Assembly: GCA_963819655.1 (NCBI GenBank)
Contig: CAWFXA010000002.1
Coordinates: 512,001 to 576,000, forward strand
Direction of reading: 5' to 3'
DNA length: 64,000 nucleotides
DNA from: an uncultured Chloroflexia bacterium
GTDB lineage: Bacteria; Chloroflexota; Limnocylindria; Limnocylindrales; CSP1-4
Shown one piece after another: positions 21,047 through 34,943 of this stretch (within the stretch, counting starts at the first letter, position 1; each line of letters begins with the position of its first letter). The notes under the pieces were generated by a model that saw nothing but the letters and a program-made list of their open reading frames with translations, was not told where the DNA came from and did not search any database. Made by a program: the position numbers and the translations under genes.

Positions 21047-21591
21047 TGGCGCGCCGCAGCAGCACCGGGCGCCGCTACGCGGAAGCCGCGTTCGAAGTCG
21101 CCACGCGCGACGGGACGCTGGAACGGTGGCGCGCCGACCTCGACCTCGCGGCCGGCCTGGTCGGCGATGAGCGTGTGCTCCACGTCATGGCCAACCCGTC
21201 CATCCCCGTCGAGAAGCGGGCAGCGGCGCTCGACGAGATGGTGGGAGACCGCCTCTCGAAGCCCGTCACGAACCTCATCCAGTTGATGCTCCGCCGAGGC
21301 CGTATCGAGGACATGCGCCGCGTCGCCGCGGAATTCCGGCGTCTCGATGACGCGCAGCAAGGCATCACCCACGCCACCGCCACGTCCGCAGCCGCGCTGA
21401 CCCCGGACGAGGTCCAGGCCCTCACCGCGCGGTTGGAGCAGTCCACCGGCGGCCGCATCGCACTCGACGTCGAGGTCGACCCCAGCCTGTTGGGCGGCCT
21501 GATCGTGCGCGTCGGCGATCGCCTGATCGACGGGAGCGTCCGAGGTCGCCTCGAGCGGCTGCGGAACCAGCTCATCTCGGGCGCCCTCTAG
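21046..21591 (+). CDS. atpH: ATP synthase F1 subunit delta
   Basis: RRYAEA, VDPSLLGG..VGDRLIDGSVR. Confidence 0.96.
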   Translation: MARRSSTGRRYAEAAFEVATRDGTLERWRADLDLAAGLVGDERVLHVMANPSIPVEKRAAALDEMVGDRLSKPVTNLIQLMLRRGRIEDMRRVAAEFRRLDDAQQGITHATATSAAALTPDEVQALTARLEQSTGGRIALDVEVDPSLLGGLIVRVGDRLIDGSVRGRLERLRNQLISGAL

Positions 21592-21603
21592 GAGATCCGC
21601 ACC

Positions 21604-23328
<1,725 letters not shown>

Positions 23329-23350
23329 CGACGGCGTGCGGACGGCCTGG

Positions 23351-23442
23351 CGGCCCAGGGCAAGGCGGCGGCGAGCACGTGAGCGAGCGTGGCCTGAGCC
23401 ACGTGAGCGAGCGCGCGCAGCCGACAACGCCGCCATGGGCCG
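23351..23442. repeat. palindromic REP/MITE-like intergenic element between atpA and atpG
   Basis: Terminal inverted repeats CGGCCCAgGGC/GCCaTGGGCCG; internal direct repeat CACGTGAGCGAGCG x2. Confidence 0.6.
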
Positions 23443-23465
23443 AGCAGGGCGGTCGCTGAAGTCCG

Positions 23466-25761
<2,296 letters not shown>

Positions 25762-25773
25762 CATCGCAACCCA

Positions 25774-25814
25774 CCGAGGCCCGAGGTCAAGCTCCGCGGG
25801 CCCTCGGTCCGAGG
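25774..25814 (-). repeat. copy 1 (inverted) of a ~46-bp palindromic intergenic repeat
   Basis: Reverse complement aligns with 26288-26333 and 28717-28762. Confidence 0.6.
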
Positions 25815-25822
25815 TTTTCCTG

Positions 25823-26251
25823 ATGCCTCTCCAACTCGAGATCGTCACGCCCGAGCGGCTCGCCTACTCGGACACGGTCGACTCGGTCCAGCTGCCGGGG
25901 TCGGAGGGCGAGCTCGGGGTGCTGCCGCACCACGCGCCGCTGATCTCGACCCTGGGCGTCGGTGAGCTGCGGATCCGCAAGGGTGGGCAGGAGGAGTCAT
26001 TCGCCATCGTCGGCGGCTTCCTCCAGGTCCGCCCGGACAAGGTCGTCGTGCTCGCCGAGACCGCGGACATGTCGAGCGAGATCGACCTCGAGAAGGCACA
26101 GGAGGCCCGGCGCGAGGCGGAGAAGGCGCTCGAGTCCGGCTACCACGAGGGTGCCGATCTGGCCGCGGCGCGAGCCGCCCTGCAGCAGGCGCTCCTTCGG
26201 ATCCGCGTCGCAGAGCGGCGATACCGAGAAGGTCCACGGCATCGGCCGTAG
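25823..26251 (+). CDS. atpC: ATP synthase F1 subunit epsilon
   Basis: LEIVTPE, GELGVLPHHAPLI, GGFLQV. Confidence 0.97.
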   Translation: MPLQLEIVTPERLAYSDTVDSVQLPGSEGELGVLPHHAPLISTLGVGELRIRKGGQEESFAIVGGFLQVRPDKVVVLAETADMSSEIDLEKAQEARREAEKALESGYHEGADLAAARAALQQALLRIRVAERRYREGPRHRP

Positions 26252-26287
26252 ATCCGTGCCGGTCATAACGGATCGCCACGCTCGAAT

Positions 26288-26333
26288 CCTCAGGCCGATG
26301 GCTCGCCGTGGCGTCGCCTCGGCCTTCGGAGCG
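26288..26333 (+). repeat. copy 2 of the ~46-bp palindromic intergenic repeat
   Basis: 36/46 ungapped identity to 28717-28762; AGGCCGA/TCGGCCT stem. Confidence 0.7.
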
Positions 26334-26337
26334 TTCC

Positions 26338-27684
26338 ATGGCTGATGCACGTCCCTTCCACTGGGAGTACGTGCCCGAACCCGTGACCCGGGAGGTCTTC
26401 CGGGTCGAGGGCGGGCGGCCGCTGTCTGGGTCCGTGGCCATCAGCGGCGCCAAGAACGCCGCTCTCAAGATGCTGGCTGCGGCGACCCTGACCGGCGAGC
26501 GCTGCCGGATCACGAACGTGCCCGAGATCGAGGACGTGCGGGTCATGGCCCAGACGCTCACCGAGATCGGCGTCGTGGTCGACCATCCCGAGGACAACAC
26601 CTACGAGGTCGCCGCCGGCGACGTCGAATGGCAGTTCGTGCCGCTCGAGGCCGCCGCCAAGATGCGCGCCTCGTTCATGCTCCTCGGCCCGCTGCTGGCG
26701 CGCTTCGGTCGCGTGATCATCAGCAACCCGGGAGGTGATCGGATCGGCCGCCGACCGGTCAACCTGCACGTCGAAGCGATGCGCGCACTCGGTGCCCAGA
26801 TCGAGTACCGCAACGGCTACTACTTCGCCACTGCGCCCGGTCGGCTGCGTGGCGCGGAGGTCCGCTTTCCCTTCGTGTCGGTCATGGGCACGGAGAACGC
26901 GATGCTCGCGGCGACCCTGGCCGACGGCCACACGGTGATCCGCCCCGCCGCCCAGGAACCCGAGGTCGACGACCTCATCGCGTTCCTCCAGAAGATGGGC
27001 GCGGAGATCGAGCGAACATCTCCCGACACGATCGAGATCGATGGCAAGCGGCGACTGCGCGGTGCCGACCACCGCGTCATCCCCGATCGCATCGAGGCCG
27101 GTACGTTCATCGTCGCCGGCGCCGTGACGGGTGGCCGCATCACGCTCACCGGCGCACCATGCGAGCACCTCGGGGCCTTCGTCGATGCGGTCGGGCGAGC
27201 CGGCGTGGGGGTCAGTTGCGGCACCGACACGATCGAGGTCGACGGCACGGCACTCCACGAGCCGGGCTTCCGGGCTGTCGACATCGAGACGGGGCCGTAC
27301 CCGGGCCTCGCGACGGACCTCCAGCCACCCACCTCGGTGCTGCTGACCCAGGCGCGCGGGGCGTCACGCGTCGACGAGACGATCTTCGAGGACAGGCTCG
27401 AGTGGATGTCCGAGCTGCGGCGCATGGGCGCGCAGATCGACATCGTCGACCCGCATCGAGCCGTCATCACGGGTCGCTCGCAGCTCCACGGCGCGCACGT
27501 CGAGATCGGCGATCTCAGGGCCGGTGCCTCGCTGATCCTCGCCGCGCTCGCCGCCGACGGGCCGACCGTGATTCGCGGTGCGCATCACGTTCATCGGGGC
27601 TATGAGAACATCGAGGCGAAGTTCCTGGAACTCGGGGCCAGGATCGAGCGCCTCGCAGAAGGGAACGACACCACCTCCCCATGA
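26338..27684 (+). CDS. murA: UDP-N-acetylglucosamine 1-carboxyvinyltransferase (Asp-type active site)
   Basis: [34 protein letters not shown]. Confidence 0.97.
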   Translation: MADARPFHWEYVPEPVTREVFRVEGGRPLSGSVAISGAKNAALKMLAAATLTGERCRITNVPEIEDVRVMAQTLTEIGVVVDHPEDNTYEVAAGDVEWQFVPLEAAAKMRASFMLLGPLLARFGRVIISNPGGDRIGRRPVNLHVEAMRALGAQIEYRNGYYFATAPGRLRGAEVRFPFVSVMGTENAMLAATLADGHTVIRPAAQEPEVDDLIAFLQKMGAEIERTSPDTIEIDGKRRLRGADHRVIPDRIEAGTFIVAGAVTGGRITLTGAPCEHLGAFVDAVGRAGVGVSCGTDTIEVDGTALHEPGFRAVDIETGPYPGLATDLQPPTSVLLTQARGASRVDETIFEDRLEWMSELRRMGAQIDIVDPHRAVITGRSQLHGAHVEIGDLRAGASLILAALAADGPTVIRGAHHVHRGYENIEAKFLELGARIERLAEGNDTTSP

Positions 27685-28679
27685 AGATCGGCATCGACCT
27701 CGGCACGGCCAACGTGCTCGTGTACGTCAAGGGCAAGGGCATCGTCATCACCGAGCCATCGGTGGTGGCCGTGTCGGACGACAACCGCATCGTTGCCGTG
27801 GGCGAGGAGGCCCGCGAGATGATCGGACGGACGCCCGGCAACATCCAGGCCATCCGGCCCATGAAGGACGGCGTCATCGCCGACTACGTCATCACCGAGG
27901 CGATGCTCCGGTTCTTCATCGCCAAGGCGACGAAGGGGCGCATTGGATTCAGCCGGCCCGAGGTGATGATCAGCGTGCCGGCCGGGGTGACGTCGGTCGA
28001 GAAGCGCGCCGTGCGCGACGCCGCGCTCAAGGCGGGTGCCAAGGACGCCTATCTGATCGAGGAGCCGCTCGCCGCGGCGATCGGGGCGAACGTCCCGATC
28101 AGTGGACCGTCCGGGAACATGATCATCGACATCGGCGGCGGGACCAGCGAGATCGCGGTCATCTGCCTGGGCGGGATCGTCGTGTCGCACTCGTTGCGGG
28201 TCGGCGGCAACAAGTTCGACGAGGCGATCGCAACGTACATCCGCAAGAAGTACAACCTCATGATCGGCGAGCGAACGGCCGAAGAGGTCAAGATGCAGAT
28301 CGGGACCGCCCTGCCGCTCGAGCGTGAGCTCACGATGGAGGTCCGCGGCCGCGATCTCATCGCCGGTCTCCCGCGGACCATCCCGATCACCTCGTCCGAG
28401 GTCATGGAGGCCATCGAGCAGCCTCTCCAGCAGCTCGTCGCGGCAGTTCGATCCGTCCTCGAGCAGACTCCGCCCGAGCTGTCGTCGGACATCATCGACA
28501 AGGGCATGGTCATGTCGGGCGGCGGCGCACTGCTGCGGAACATCGACAAGCTGCTCACCCAGGTGACCGGGGTGCCGTGTCACGTCGCCGAGAACTCGCT
28601 CGATTGCGTCGCGCTCGGGACGGGGCTCGCCCTGGAACACTTCGACTTCTTCAAGAAGTCCCTGGTGCAGCAGATCTAG
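27681..28679 (+). CDS. mreB: rod shape-determining protein MreB/Mbl
   Basis: [20 protein letters not shown]. Confidence 0.95.
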   Translation: MKIGIDLGTANVLVYVKGKGIVITEPSVVAVSDDNRIVAVGEEAREMIGRTPGNIQAIRPMKDGVIADYVITEAMLRFFIAKATKGRIGFSRPEVMISVPAGVTSVEKRAVRDAALKAGAKDAYLIEEPLAAAIGANVPISGPSGNMIIDIGGGTSEIAVICLGGIVVSHSLRVGGNKFDEAIATYIRKKYNLMIGERTAEEVKMQIGTALPLERELTMEVRGRDLIAGLPRTIPITSSEVMEAIEQPLQQLVAAVRSVLEQTPPELSSDIIDKGMVMSGGGALLRNIDKLLTQVTGVPCHVAENSLDCVALGTGLALEHFDFFKKSLVQQI

Positions 28680-28716
28680 AGATGGTCCCGCGCGGGGAGA
28701 TCGACACCGCGCGAGC

Positions 28717-28762
28717 CCTCGGGCCGATGGCGTCGCGGGGCTCCGCCTCGGACCTCGGAGCG
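28717..28762 (+). repeat. copy 3 of the ~46-bp palindromic intergenic repeat
   Basis: CCTCgGGCCGATGGC...CGCCTCGGaCcTCGGAGCG. Confidence 0.7.
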
Positions 28763-28773
28763 CGATGGACGGC

Positions 28774-29484
28774 ATGACCGTCGAGGGTGCCAGCACCAGA
28801 TACTTCGTCGATCTCCATTGCCATACCTCGGCGTCGTTCGATTCGCTGGCGGATCCGGTGAAGGTGGCACGTGCCGCCGCCGAGCGCGGCCTGACCCACC
28901 TCGTCATCACCGACCATGACCGCATCGACGGGGCGCTGCGCGCGCGTGACGCGGCCCCCGACGGGCTGACGGTGATCGTCGGGACGGAAGTCCGGACATC
29001 CGACGGCGACCTCATCGGGGCATTCCTCCTGCGTCCGGTCCCGCGTGACCTGCCCGCCCTCGAGACGATCGCCGCGATCCGCGACCAGGGCGGGCTCGTC
29101 GGGATCCCGCACCCGTTCGACCGGTTTCGGGGCTCGCTCATGCGCGACGCTCGCATGGCGTCTCTGGCGCCGCTCGTCGACTGGGTCGAGGTCCACAACG
29201 CGCGGCTTGTCGGCTCCGGCAACGAGCGCGCGGTGGAGTTCGCGGCCGAGCATCGCCTGCCGGGCGTGGCCGTGACGGACGCGCACACTGTCATGGAGGT
29301 CGGCGTCGCGTACACCGTCCTGTCGGGCGATCCCTCGACAGCCGCCGGGATGCTCGCGGCGTTGGCCGACGCGGAGCTCGTCAGGGGCCGCGCGACCTAC
29401 GCGGTCCGCCTCTGGACGCCGGTCGCCAAGCTCCTGCAGCGGGCCGCCGGCAACGGGCGGGGCGCACGCGGAGCGGGAGCGTGA
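28774..29484 (+). CDS. PHP domain phosphoesterase
   Basis: DLHCHT, ITDHD, HPFD, TDAH; alternative start at 28765. Confidence 0.9.
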   Translation: MTVEGASTRYFVDLHCHTSASFDSLADPVKVARAAAERGLTHLVITDHDRIDGALRARDAAPDGLTVIVGTEVRTSDGDLIGAFLLRPVPRDLPALETIAAIRDQGGLVGIPHPFDRFRGSLMRDARMASLAPLVDWVEVHNARLVGSGNERAVEFAAEHRLPGVAVTDAHTVMEVGVAYTVLSGDPSTAAGMLAALADAELVRGRATYAVRLWTPVAKLLQRAAGNGRGARGAGA

Positions 29485-30695
29485 GCGAGCCCCGGCAGGA
29501 CCATCGACCGATGGCCGGTGGGACCGACGAAACCGTAGTGTCGACGACGATGGAGGCCACGCCCGCGATCCCACCGCGCACCGCCGTGACCGGCGCGTCC
29601 GTGGGGGCGCGGCCAGCGCAGCCGGACGTCACATCGCCCGGTGGGACCGAGCCCGATGCCGAGGGCATGTCCCTGGCGCGACGCCTGCGTCAGCCGCGGA
29701 CCATCGTGTCGATCGCGGTTCCGATCGCCATCATCGCGGCGTTCGTCGGGATCAACGGCTCCCAGCTCTCGAGTGTCCCGAGTCTCATCCTCGCGGCCGA
29801 CCCGGTGCTTGTCCTGGCGGCGTTCCTGGTCTTCTACGCCGGGTTCCCGTTGCGCGGTCTGCGCTGGGCGATCCTGCTGCGCGGGACCGGCCAGAACGTC
29901 TCCACCAAGGACTCGACGGAGATCATCTTCCTGTCGTGGCTGGTCAACTGCGTCGTCCCGGCCAAGCTCGGCGACGTCTATCGCGCCTACCTCCTCAAGA
30001 TCAACAGCACCACGGCCTCGATGTCGCGGACACTCGGGACCGTGTTCATCGAGCGAGCCCTCGACGTCTTCGCCATCGCTGTCCTCGGGCTCGCCGCCGG
30101 CTACTGGAGCTTCAGGAGCGGGATGCCGCCGGCCATCCAGATCGTGTTCGGTGTCGGCGTGGTCGTGGTCGTGATTCTCGCGTTCGCCCTGCTCACGATG
30201 CGCAACTTCGGTCGGCAGATCATCGTCGCACTCCCGCTGCCGCATCAGATCCTCGAGCTGTACGACCGGTTCGAAGAGGGCGTCTTCGGAGCGCTCGTGG
30301 CGCGCCATCTGCCGAAGCTCGGCCTGTTGACCGGTCTGATCTGGATGACCGAGGGACTGCGCCTGTTCCTCGTGGTCCAGGCGCTCGGCTTCGACGATGT
30401 CTCGCTCGGGCTGTCGGGCGCGGTCTTCGTCGCCCTCATCGGTTCGCTGCTCACCGCGGTGCCCCTCAGCCCGGCCGGGCTCGGGATCGTTGAGGCCGGC
30501 GTCGTGGGTGTGCTCCACGTCGCGTATGGCGTGCCCCTCCCCGAGGCGACCGCCATCGCCCTCCTCGATCGCGTCATCAGCGTGTTCTCGATCATCGTCT
30601 TCGGCTCGATCGTCTACGCGTTCTCGTCGAAGCCGCGTGGCCTCGGGCGGATCGACAGTCCCGCTGACACATCGGCTGCGTCCACGCCGGCGTGA
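29481..30695 (+). CDS. lysylphosphatidylglycerol-synthase TM region (UPF0104) flippase-like protein
   Basis: RGLRW, N..VPAKLGD, ER..D, SPAGLGIVE. Confidence 0.88.
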   Translation: MSEPRQDHRPMAGGTDETVVSTTMEATPAIPPRTAVTGASVGARPAQPDVTSPGGTEPDAEGMSLARRLRQPRTIVSIAVPIAIIAAFVGINGSQLSSVPSLILAADPVLVLAAFLVFYAGFPLRGLRWAILLRGTGQNVSTKDSTEIIFLSWLVNCVVPAKLGDVYRAYLLKINSTTASMSRTLGTVFIERALDVFAIAVLGLAAGYWSFRSGMPPAIQIVFGVGVVVVVILAFALLTMRNFGRQIIVALPLPHQILELYDRFEEGVFGALVARHLPKLGLLTGLIWMTEGLRLFLVVQALGFDDVSLGLSGAVFVALIGSLLTAVPLSPAGLGIVEAGVVGVLHVAYGVPLPEATAIALLDRVISVFSIIVFGSIVYAFSSKPRGLGRIDSPADTSAASTPA

Positions 30696-31017
30696 CCCTG
30701 CGTCCGGTCGGCACGCCGCCGCTCGGGCTCCCGGACGGCGGTCGGCAACGTCATTCGCACCACCTTTCACGCGGCCTGCGAGGCGTGCCTGAACCAGAAG
30801 GCGTACCTTCGTACCATCCGCCGGGCGTCGGAGGACCCCATCCGACCGACGATCACCCCACCCCTCCCATCCGTTCCCGCACCGCGCCGCCGCGGAGCCG
30901 ACCGGTACCAACGGGTGATACAGGCGCGCTGCCGCCCTCCGCATCATCGTGGCATCGAGGCACCGGACGAGCGGGACTTGACCGCACGCGGCACGCCCCT
31001 AGGAGCGCCCAGGCAGC

Positions 31018-31587
31018 ATGACCACTCAGAACGGCCGAGCGTTCAACGAATGGCTTCGGGCCCAGCTCAAAGCCAAGAAGATGTCGCAGCGGCAACTGGC
31101 CCAGCAGTCGGGAGTCGATCACTCGACCATCTCCCGGTTGATCCGTGGTGACCGTATGCCGTCGCTCGGCACGGCGACCAAGCTGGCCCGCGGTCTGCGT
31201 GAGTTGCGCGACGATGCGGACACGCCGCAATACCTGGGGCTCGTCGCCGCGGGCGCGACCAATCCGACCGCCCGTGTCGAGTACGCCTTGCGCGCGGACG
31301 ACCTTTTGTCCGAGCCGCAGGTCCGTCAGATCATGGAGTACTACCTGGCGGTGCGGATGCGCCGCTTCGGTCGCGCCTTCCCGAGCGGCGGTTCCACGGG
31401 GACGGGCACGACCGGCGAGCGCAGCAACGAACGATCCGATCGCCCGATGGGCGCGTCGGTCGGTGGCCGCCCGATGTCGACCGGTCGAGTCGGTGGTCTG
31501 GGCCCGACCGGCCAGGTGGGTGTGACCGCCGTCAGCACCGTCCGATCGGTCACGCGAGGCACGGGCCGGAACCCCGGCCGCTTCTAG
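31018..31587 (+). CDS. XRE-family helix-turn-helix regulator
   Basis: MSQRQLAQQSGVDHSTISRL..R.PSL; AGGAG RBS. Confidence 0.88.
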   Translation: MTTQNGRAFNEWLRAQLKAKKMSQRQLAQQSGVDHSTISRLIRGDRMPSLGTATKLARGLRELRDDADTPQYLGLVAAGATNPTARVEYALRADDLLSEPQVRQIMEYYLAVRMRRFGRAFPSGGSTGTGTTGERSNERSDRPMGASVGGRPMSTGRVGGLGPTGQVGVTAVSTVRSVTRGTGRNPGRF

Positions 31588-31642
31588 AGAGAATCTCAGG
31601 GCACGACCCGGATCGCCCTCCACCGTCCGGGTCTCGGGGACA

Positions 31643-31675
31643 GCGAACGCCGGCGTCTGGGGCGCCGGCGTTCGC
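31643..31675. terminator. hairpin between convergent genes
   Basis: 13-bp perfect stem GCGAACGCCGGCG/CGCCGGCGTTCGC. Confidence 0.6.
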
Positions 31676-31707
31676 ATATCCAGCGTCCCTCGGCCGTCGG
31701 CCCTCCG

Positions 31708-33270
31708 TCAGTCGACCGGCGCGTACGCCGACACCCAGCGACCCGGCGCCACCTCGAACCGGTCGAGCAGCACGCCCCAGTCCGGTCCGCCGGCATCCGG
31801 AGCCACGGCCGATTCGGCCGGACCGCCACAGTCGGCGCCGATCGCGTCGCGGAACAGCTGGTCGCACAGCAGGACGAGCCCTCCGGGACGCGTGGGCGGT
31901 GTCACGCCGCCATCGGGCGCGATGCCATCCGGTGTCTCGGCAAGCACGGCTCGACCCATGCGGACGAGGGGGTACGCGACGGCTTCGGTCGACTTGAAGT
32001 CCGGGAGCGACCGGAGCAGGGGCGCCCGGTCCGGTCCGACGCCACCGTTCGCGAGAGCCGAATCGATCCGTGCGGCGGCACGCTCCGCAGCCGGGAAGCC
32101 GCCATCGGGATGGACGGCCGGCGGGAGGTGCGTGACGTTCCAGGCGACAAATGCCACAGTCAGCGCGGTCGCAGCGGCCCATCCGGCCGGGGCGCGGATC
32201 TCCCGCACGAGCGCAGCCGCACCGAGCCCCACGAGCACGAACACCAGCGGGTCCGCGAACGCGTGGTAGTGGTCGTTCGGGAGGCCGCGCACGACCGCCG
32301 CGAGGCTGGGCGCGGCGATCGTCAGGAACGCGACCGACCAGAGCAGGCCCAGCCCGAACCAGCGGACGACGAACCGCTCGGCGTCGCGATCGGTCCGCCA
32401 GCGCCACAGCACGATCGCGATCACCGTGACCGTCGCCAGCGCCCCGGCGGCGAACCCATCGGTGATCAATCCGGTCAGAGGCCAGCTCAGGACCCGAAGG
32501 GTGACGATCCCGAACCGGACCGGGATGGCCACCTCGGTCGGCTCGCGGCCCGTGGCGAGATAGTCGGTCGCGGCGCCGAGCTCTGAGAACCCAGTGGTGA
32601 GCTCATTGACCAGCAGTGGGGCATAGGCGGCGACGAAGATCGCGAGGATGCCGACCGGCACCCAGCCGAGACTCCGTCGGCGCGCATCGGCGATCAGCGG
32701 CGCCGCGATGATCGGGAGGAGCGCGATGCCCAGGACGTGGCACTGCATCGTCACCGCGGTCCCGACGGCGGCCACGAGCCACCAGCGGCGGTCGCCGCCA
32801 GACCATGCCTTCCAGGCGCCGGCCAGGGCGACGGCGCTCGAGAGAGCGATCAGGTTTGGGTTCCAGATGAACGTCGACTCGTCGACAGCGGCGGTCGATG
32901 TCGCCATGACCAGTCCCGCGACCAGCCCCGCGACCGGCCCGCCGATCGAGCGCGCCAGCCACCACACGACCCCGACCGCAGCGATGCCGGCGATGGCGAT
33001 GAGGAGCACGACCGCGAGGGGCGAGTCGCCACCGGTCAGCGCCGCGGCGGGGGACAGGATGTAGTAGTACCAGGCGCCGTGATGGACGTCGCCGATCGAC
33101 GTCGGCGGGCCCAGAAGCGGCACGACGCCATCGCGAACGAGCGTCCGCAGGACCAGCATGTCGTGACCCTGGTCGCCGTCCCATGTCCCGCGCGTGGCGA
33201 GATCCGGTAGGCGCAGGAGCGCTGCGAGGAGGAGCAGCCCGGGCAGGGCCAGGCGATCGACGACCGCCAT
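31708..33270 (-). CDS. GT-C fold (ArnT/PMT-like, GT39/83) membrane glycosyltransferase
   Basis: LRL..L...WDGDQG..PLLGP..HGAWYYY, WNPN, many TM helices; alternative GTG start at 33306. Confidence 0.82.
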   Translation of the reverse strand: MAVVDRLALPGLLLLAALLRLPDLATRGTWDGDQGHDMLVLRTLVRDGVVPLLGPPTSIGDVHHGAWYYYILSPAAALTGGDSPLAVVLLIAIAGIAAVGVVWWLARSIGGPVAGLVAGLVMATSTAAVDESTFIWNPNLIALSSAVALAGAWKAWSGGDRRWWLVAAVGTAVTMQCHVLGIALLPIIAAPLIADARRRSLGWVPVGILAIFVAAYAPLLVNELTTGFSELGAATDYLATGREPTEVAIPVRFGIVTLRVLSWPLTGLITDGFAAGALATVTVIAIVLWRWRTDRDAERFVVRWFGLGLLWSVAFLTIAAPSLAAVVRGLPNDHYHAFADPLVFVLVGLGAAALVREIRAPAGWAAATALTVAFVAWNVTHLPPAVHPDGGFPAAERAAARIDSALANGGVGPDRAPLLRSLPDFKSTEAVAYPLVRMGRAVLAETPDGIAPDGGVTPPTRPGGLVLLCDQLFRDAIGADCGGPAESAVAPDAGGPDWGVLLDRFEVAPGRWVSAYAPVD

Positions 33271-33302
33271 GCCACCTGCGTCTGACGCGAGGCGCCGATC
33301 GG

Positions 33303-34277
33303 TCACGTCGCGGCCATCCGCCCGCGGGCGCTGCCCACCAGCTCGAATGCCCCCTTCGGCAGCGGGCGGAGCGGCTTGCCGGCCCACAATGCCCGCGCCC
33401 GTTCCATGTTGATCGCGTCGTATCCGGCGTCCATGCCGGGTGTCTCGAGGATGTAGGTCGCGTCGATCAGGCGCGGATGGCGCAGCACATGCGCGAGGCC
33501 CTCGGCGGGGATCCGGCCTGCCGCGAGATGCTCGTGCCGATCGGTCCGGGAGCCGAGGGCCGAGCGGGTGTCGTTGAAGTGGACGAGGACGAGGCGGTCG
33601 AGGCCGATGCGCGCGTCGAAGCCGGCCAGGAACGCGTCGACCACCCCTGGTTTCCCGACATCGATGCCCGCACCCCAGGCGTGGGCCAGGTCGAGGCAGA
33701 ACCCGACGTCGCCGCGCCGGACACCGCGCGTCCCCAGCAGGTCGGCGATCGCGGTGAGCTCGTCGAGCGAGGTCCCGAGGCCGGCCCCGCCGCCGACCGA
33801 GTTCTCCAGGACCAGCGTCGCCCGCTCGGCCGATCCCCCGTCGGCTCCGTCGCGGATGGCGTCCGCCAGGGCGAGAACCTCGACGATCCCGTCGACGAGT
33901 CGCCGTGTGCCGACCTCGACGCCCGTGCCCCGGTGCGACCCGATGTGGACGTTGACGTACCTCGCCCCGAACGCCGACGCGCCGGCCAGCTCACCGGCCA
34001 GCATCGCCACGGACCGCTCGAAGGTCGCCGGGTCGGGCCCGGGCAGGTTCACGAGATAAGAGGCGTGGATCGCGACCGGCCGGATGTCCAGCTCGGCCGA
34101 CTTCGTCCTGAAGGCCGCGAGCTGCGCCGACGGTTCGCGGCGGCGGCGCCAGGCCGTCGGGTTGTCGGTGAAGATCTGGATGGCGCTGGCCCCGATGGCG
34201 TGTGCGCGGTCGACCGCCTTCACCATCCCCGGCGCGAGAGGCAGATGCGCGCCAAGCCGTCGACCATCAGGCAGCAT
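33303..34277 (-). CDS. nfo: endonuclease IV (AP endonuclease family 2)
   Basis: LGAH, QIF, HASYLVNL, H.GS, LEN, HFND, DRHEH, LETP. Confidence 0.93.
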   Translation of the reverse strand: MLPDGRRLGAHLPLAPGMVKAVDRAHAIGASAIQIFTDNPTAWRRRREPSAQLAAFRTKSAELDIRPVAIHASYLVNLPGPDPATFERSVAMLAGELAGASAFGARYVNVHIGSHRGTGVEVGTRRLVDGIVEVLALADAIRDGADGGSAERATLVLENSVGGGAGLGTSLDELTAIADLLGTRGVRRGDVGFCLDLAHAWGAGIDVGKPGVVDAFLAGFDARIGLDRLVLVHFNDTRSALGSRTDRHEHLAAGRIPAEGLAHVLRHPRLIDATYILETPGMDAGYDAINMERARALWAGKPLRPLPKGAFELVGSARGRMAAT

Positions 34278-34284
34278 CCGGCGG

Positions 34285-34881
34285 TCAGCGTCGCCGGCCG
34301 TTGCTCTTGTCGTGCCCCGTGGTGTACTCGCCCCCGACGATCGGCTCGATCAAGCCGAGGTCGCCGTCGTTCCGCGTGTAGAGGATGGCCACATGCTCCG
34401 TCTCGGCGTTCACGAAGACGAAGAACTGATGGCCAAGCTCCTCCATCGCGGCGACCGCATCCTCCTCGAACATCGGCTCGATCGCGAACCGCTTCGTCTT
34501 GACGATCCGACGCTCGTGCCCGGGCTCGGACGTCCCATCGGCAAGGTCGCGCAGGATCCGCTTCTCCTGCTCCGGTCGCGCCCGGAGCCGAGGCTTCTCC
34601 TTGTAGTCGACAGCCTGGCGCTCGACCTTGTCGACCACGTCGTCGAGTGCTGCCTGGTAGCTGATGCCGACGGCGTGGCTGCGCAGCGTGCGGCCATCGA
34701 TCACGAGCGTGACCTCCGCGATGTGGGCATCGGACGCGCTGCGGTGCATCTCGTTCGAGAACTCGACGATCGCATCGGTCCGGTCGTCGAGCAGCCGTTC
34801 GAGTCGATGGAGCTTGCGCTCGGCATAGCTGCGGACGCGGTCTGGGACCTCGACGTTCTTGCCCTTCACGATGGTCCGCAT
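34285..34881 (-). CDS. hpf: ribosome hibernation factor, long HPF/RaiA type
   Basis: GKNVEV..YAERKL; C-terminal PMFEEDAVAAMEELGHQFFVF. Confidence 0.95.
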   Translation of the reverse strand: MRTIVKGKNVEVPDRVRSYAERKLHRLERLLDDRTDAIVEFSNEMHRSASDAHIAEVTLVIDGRTLRSHAVGISYQAALDDVVDKVERQAVDYKEKPRLRARPEQEKRILRDLADGTSEPGHERRIVKTKRFAIEPMFEEDAVAAMEELGHQFFVFVNAETEHVAILYTRNDGDLGLIEPIVGGEYTTGHDKSNGRRR

Positions 34882-34943
34882 GCATCACCTCCGGGCTCTC
34901 GGGTCGTCGTCCGAGTATAGCCCCGGGGGCCCACCCGCTCCGG

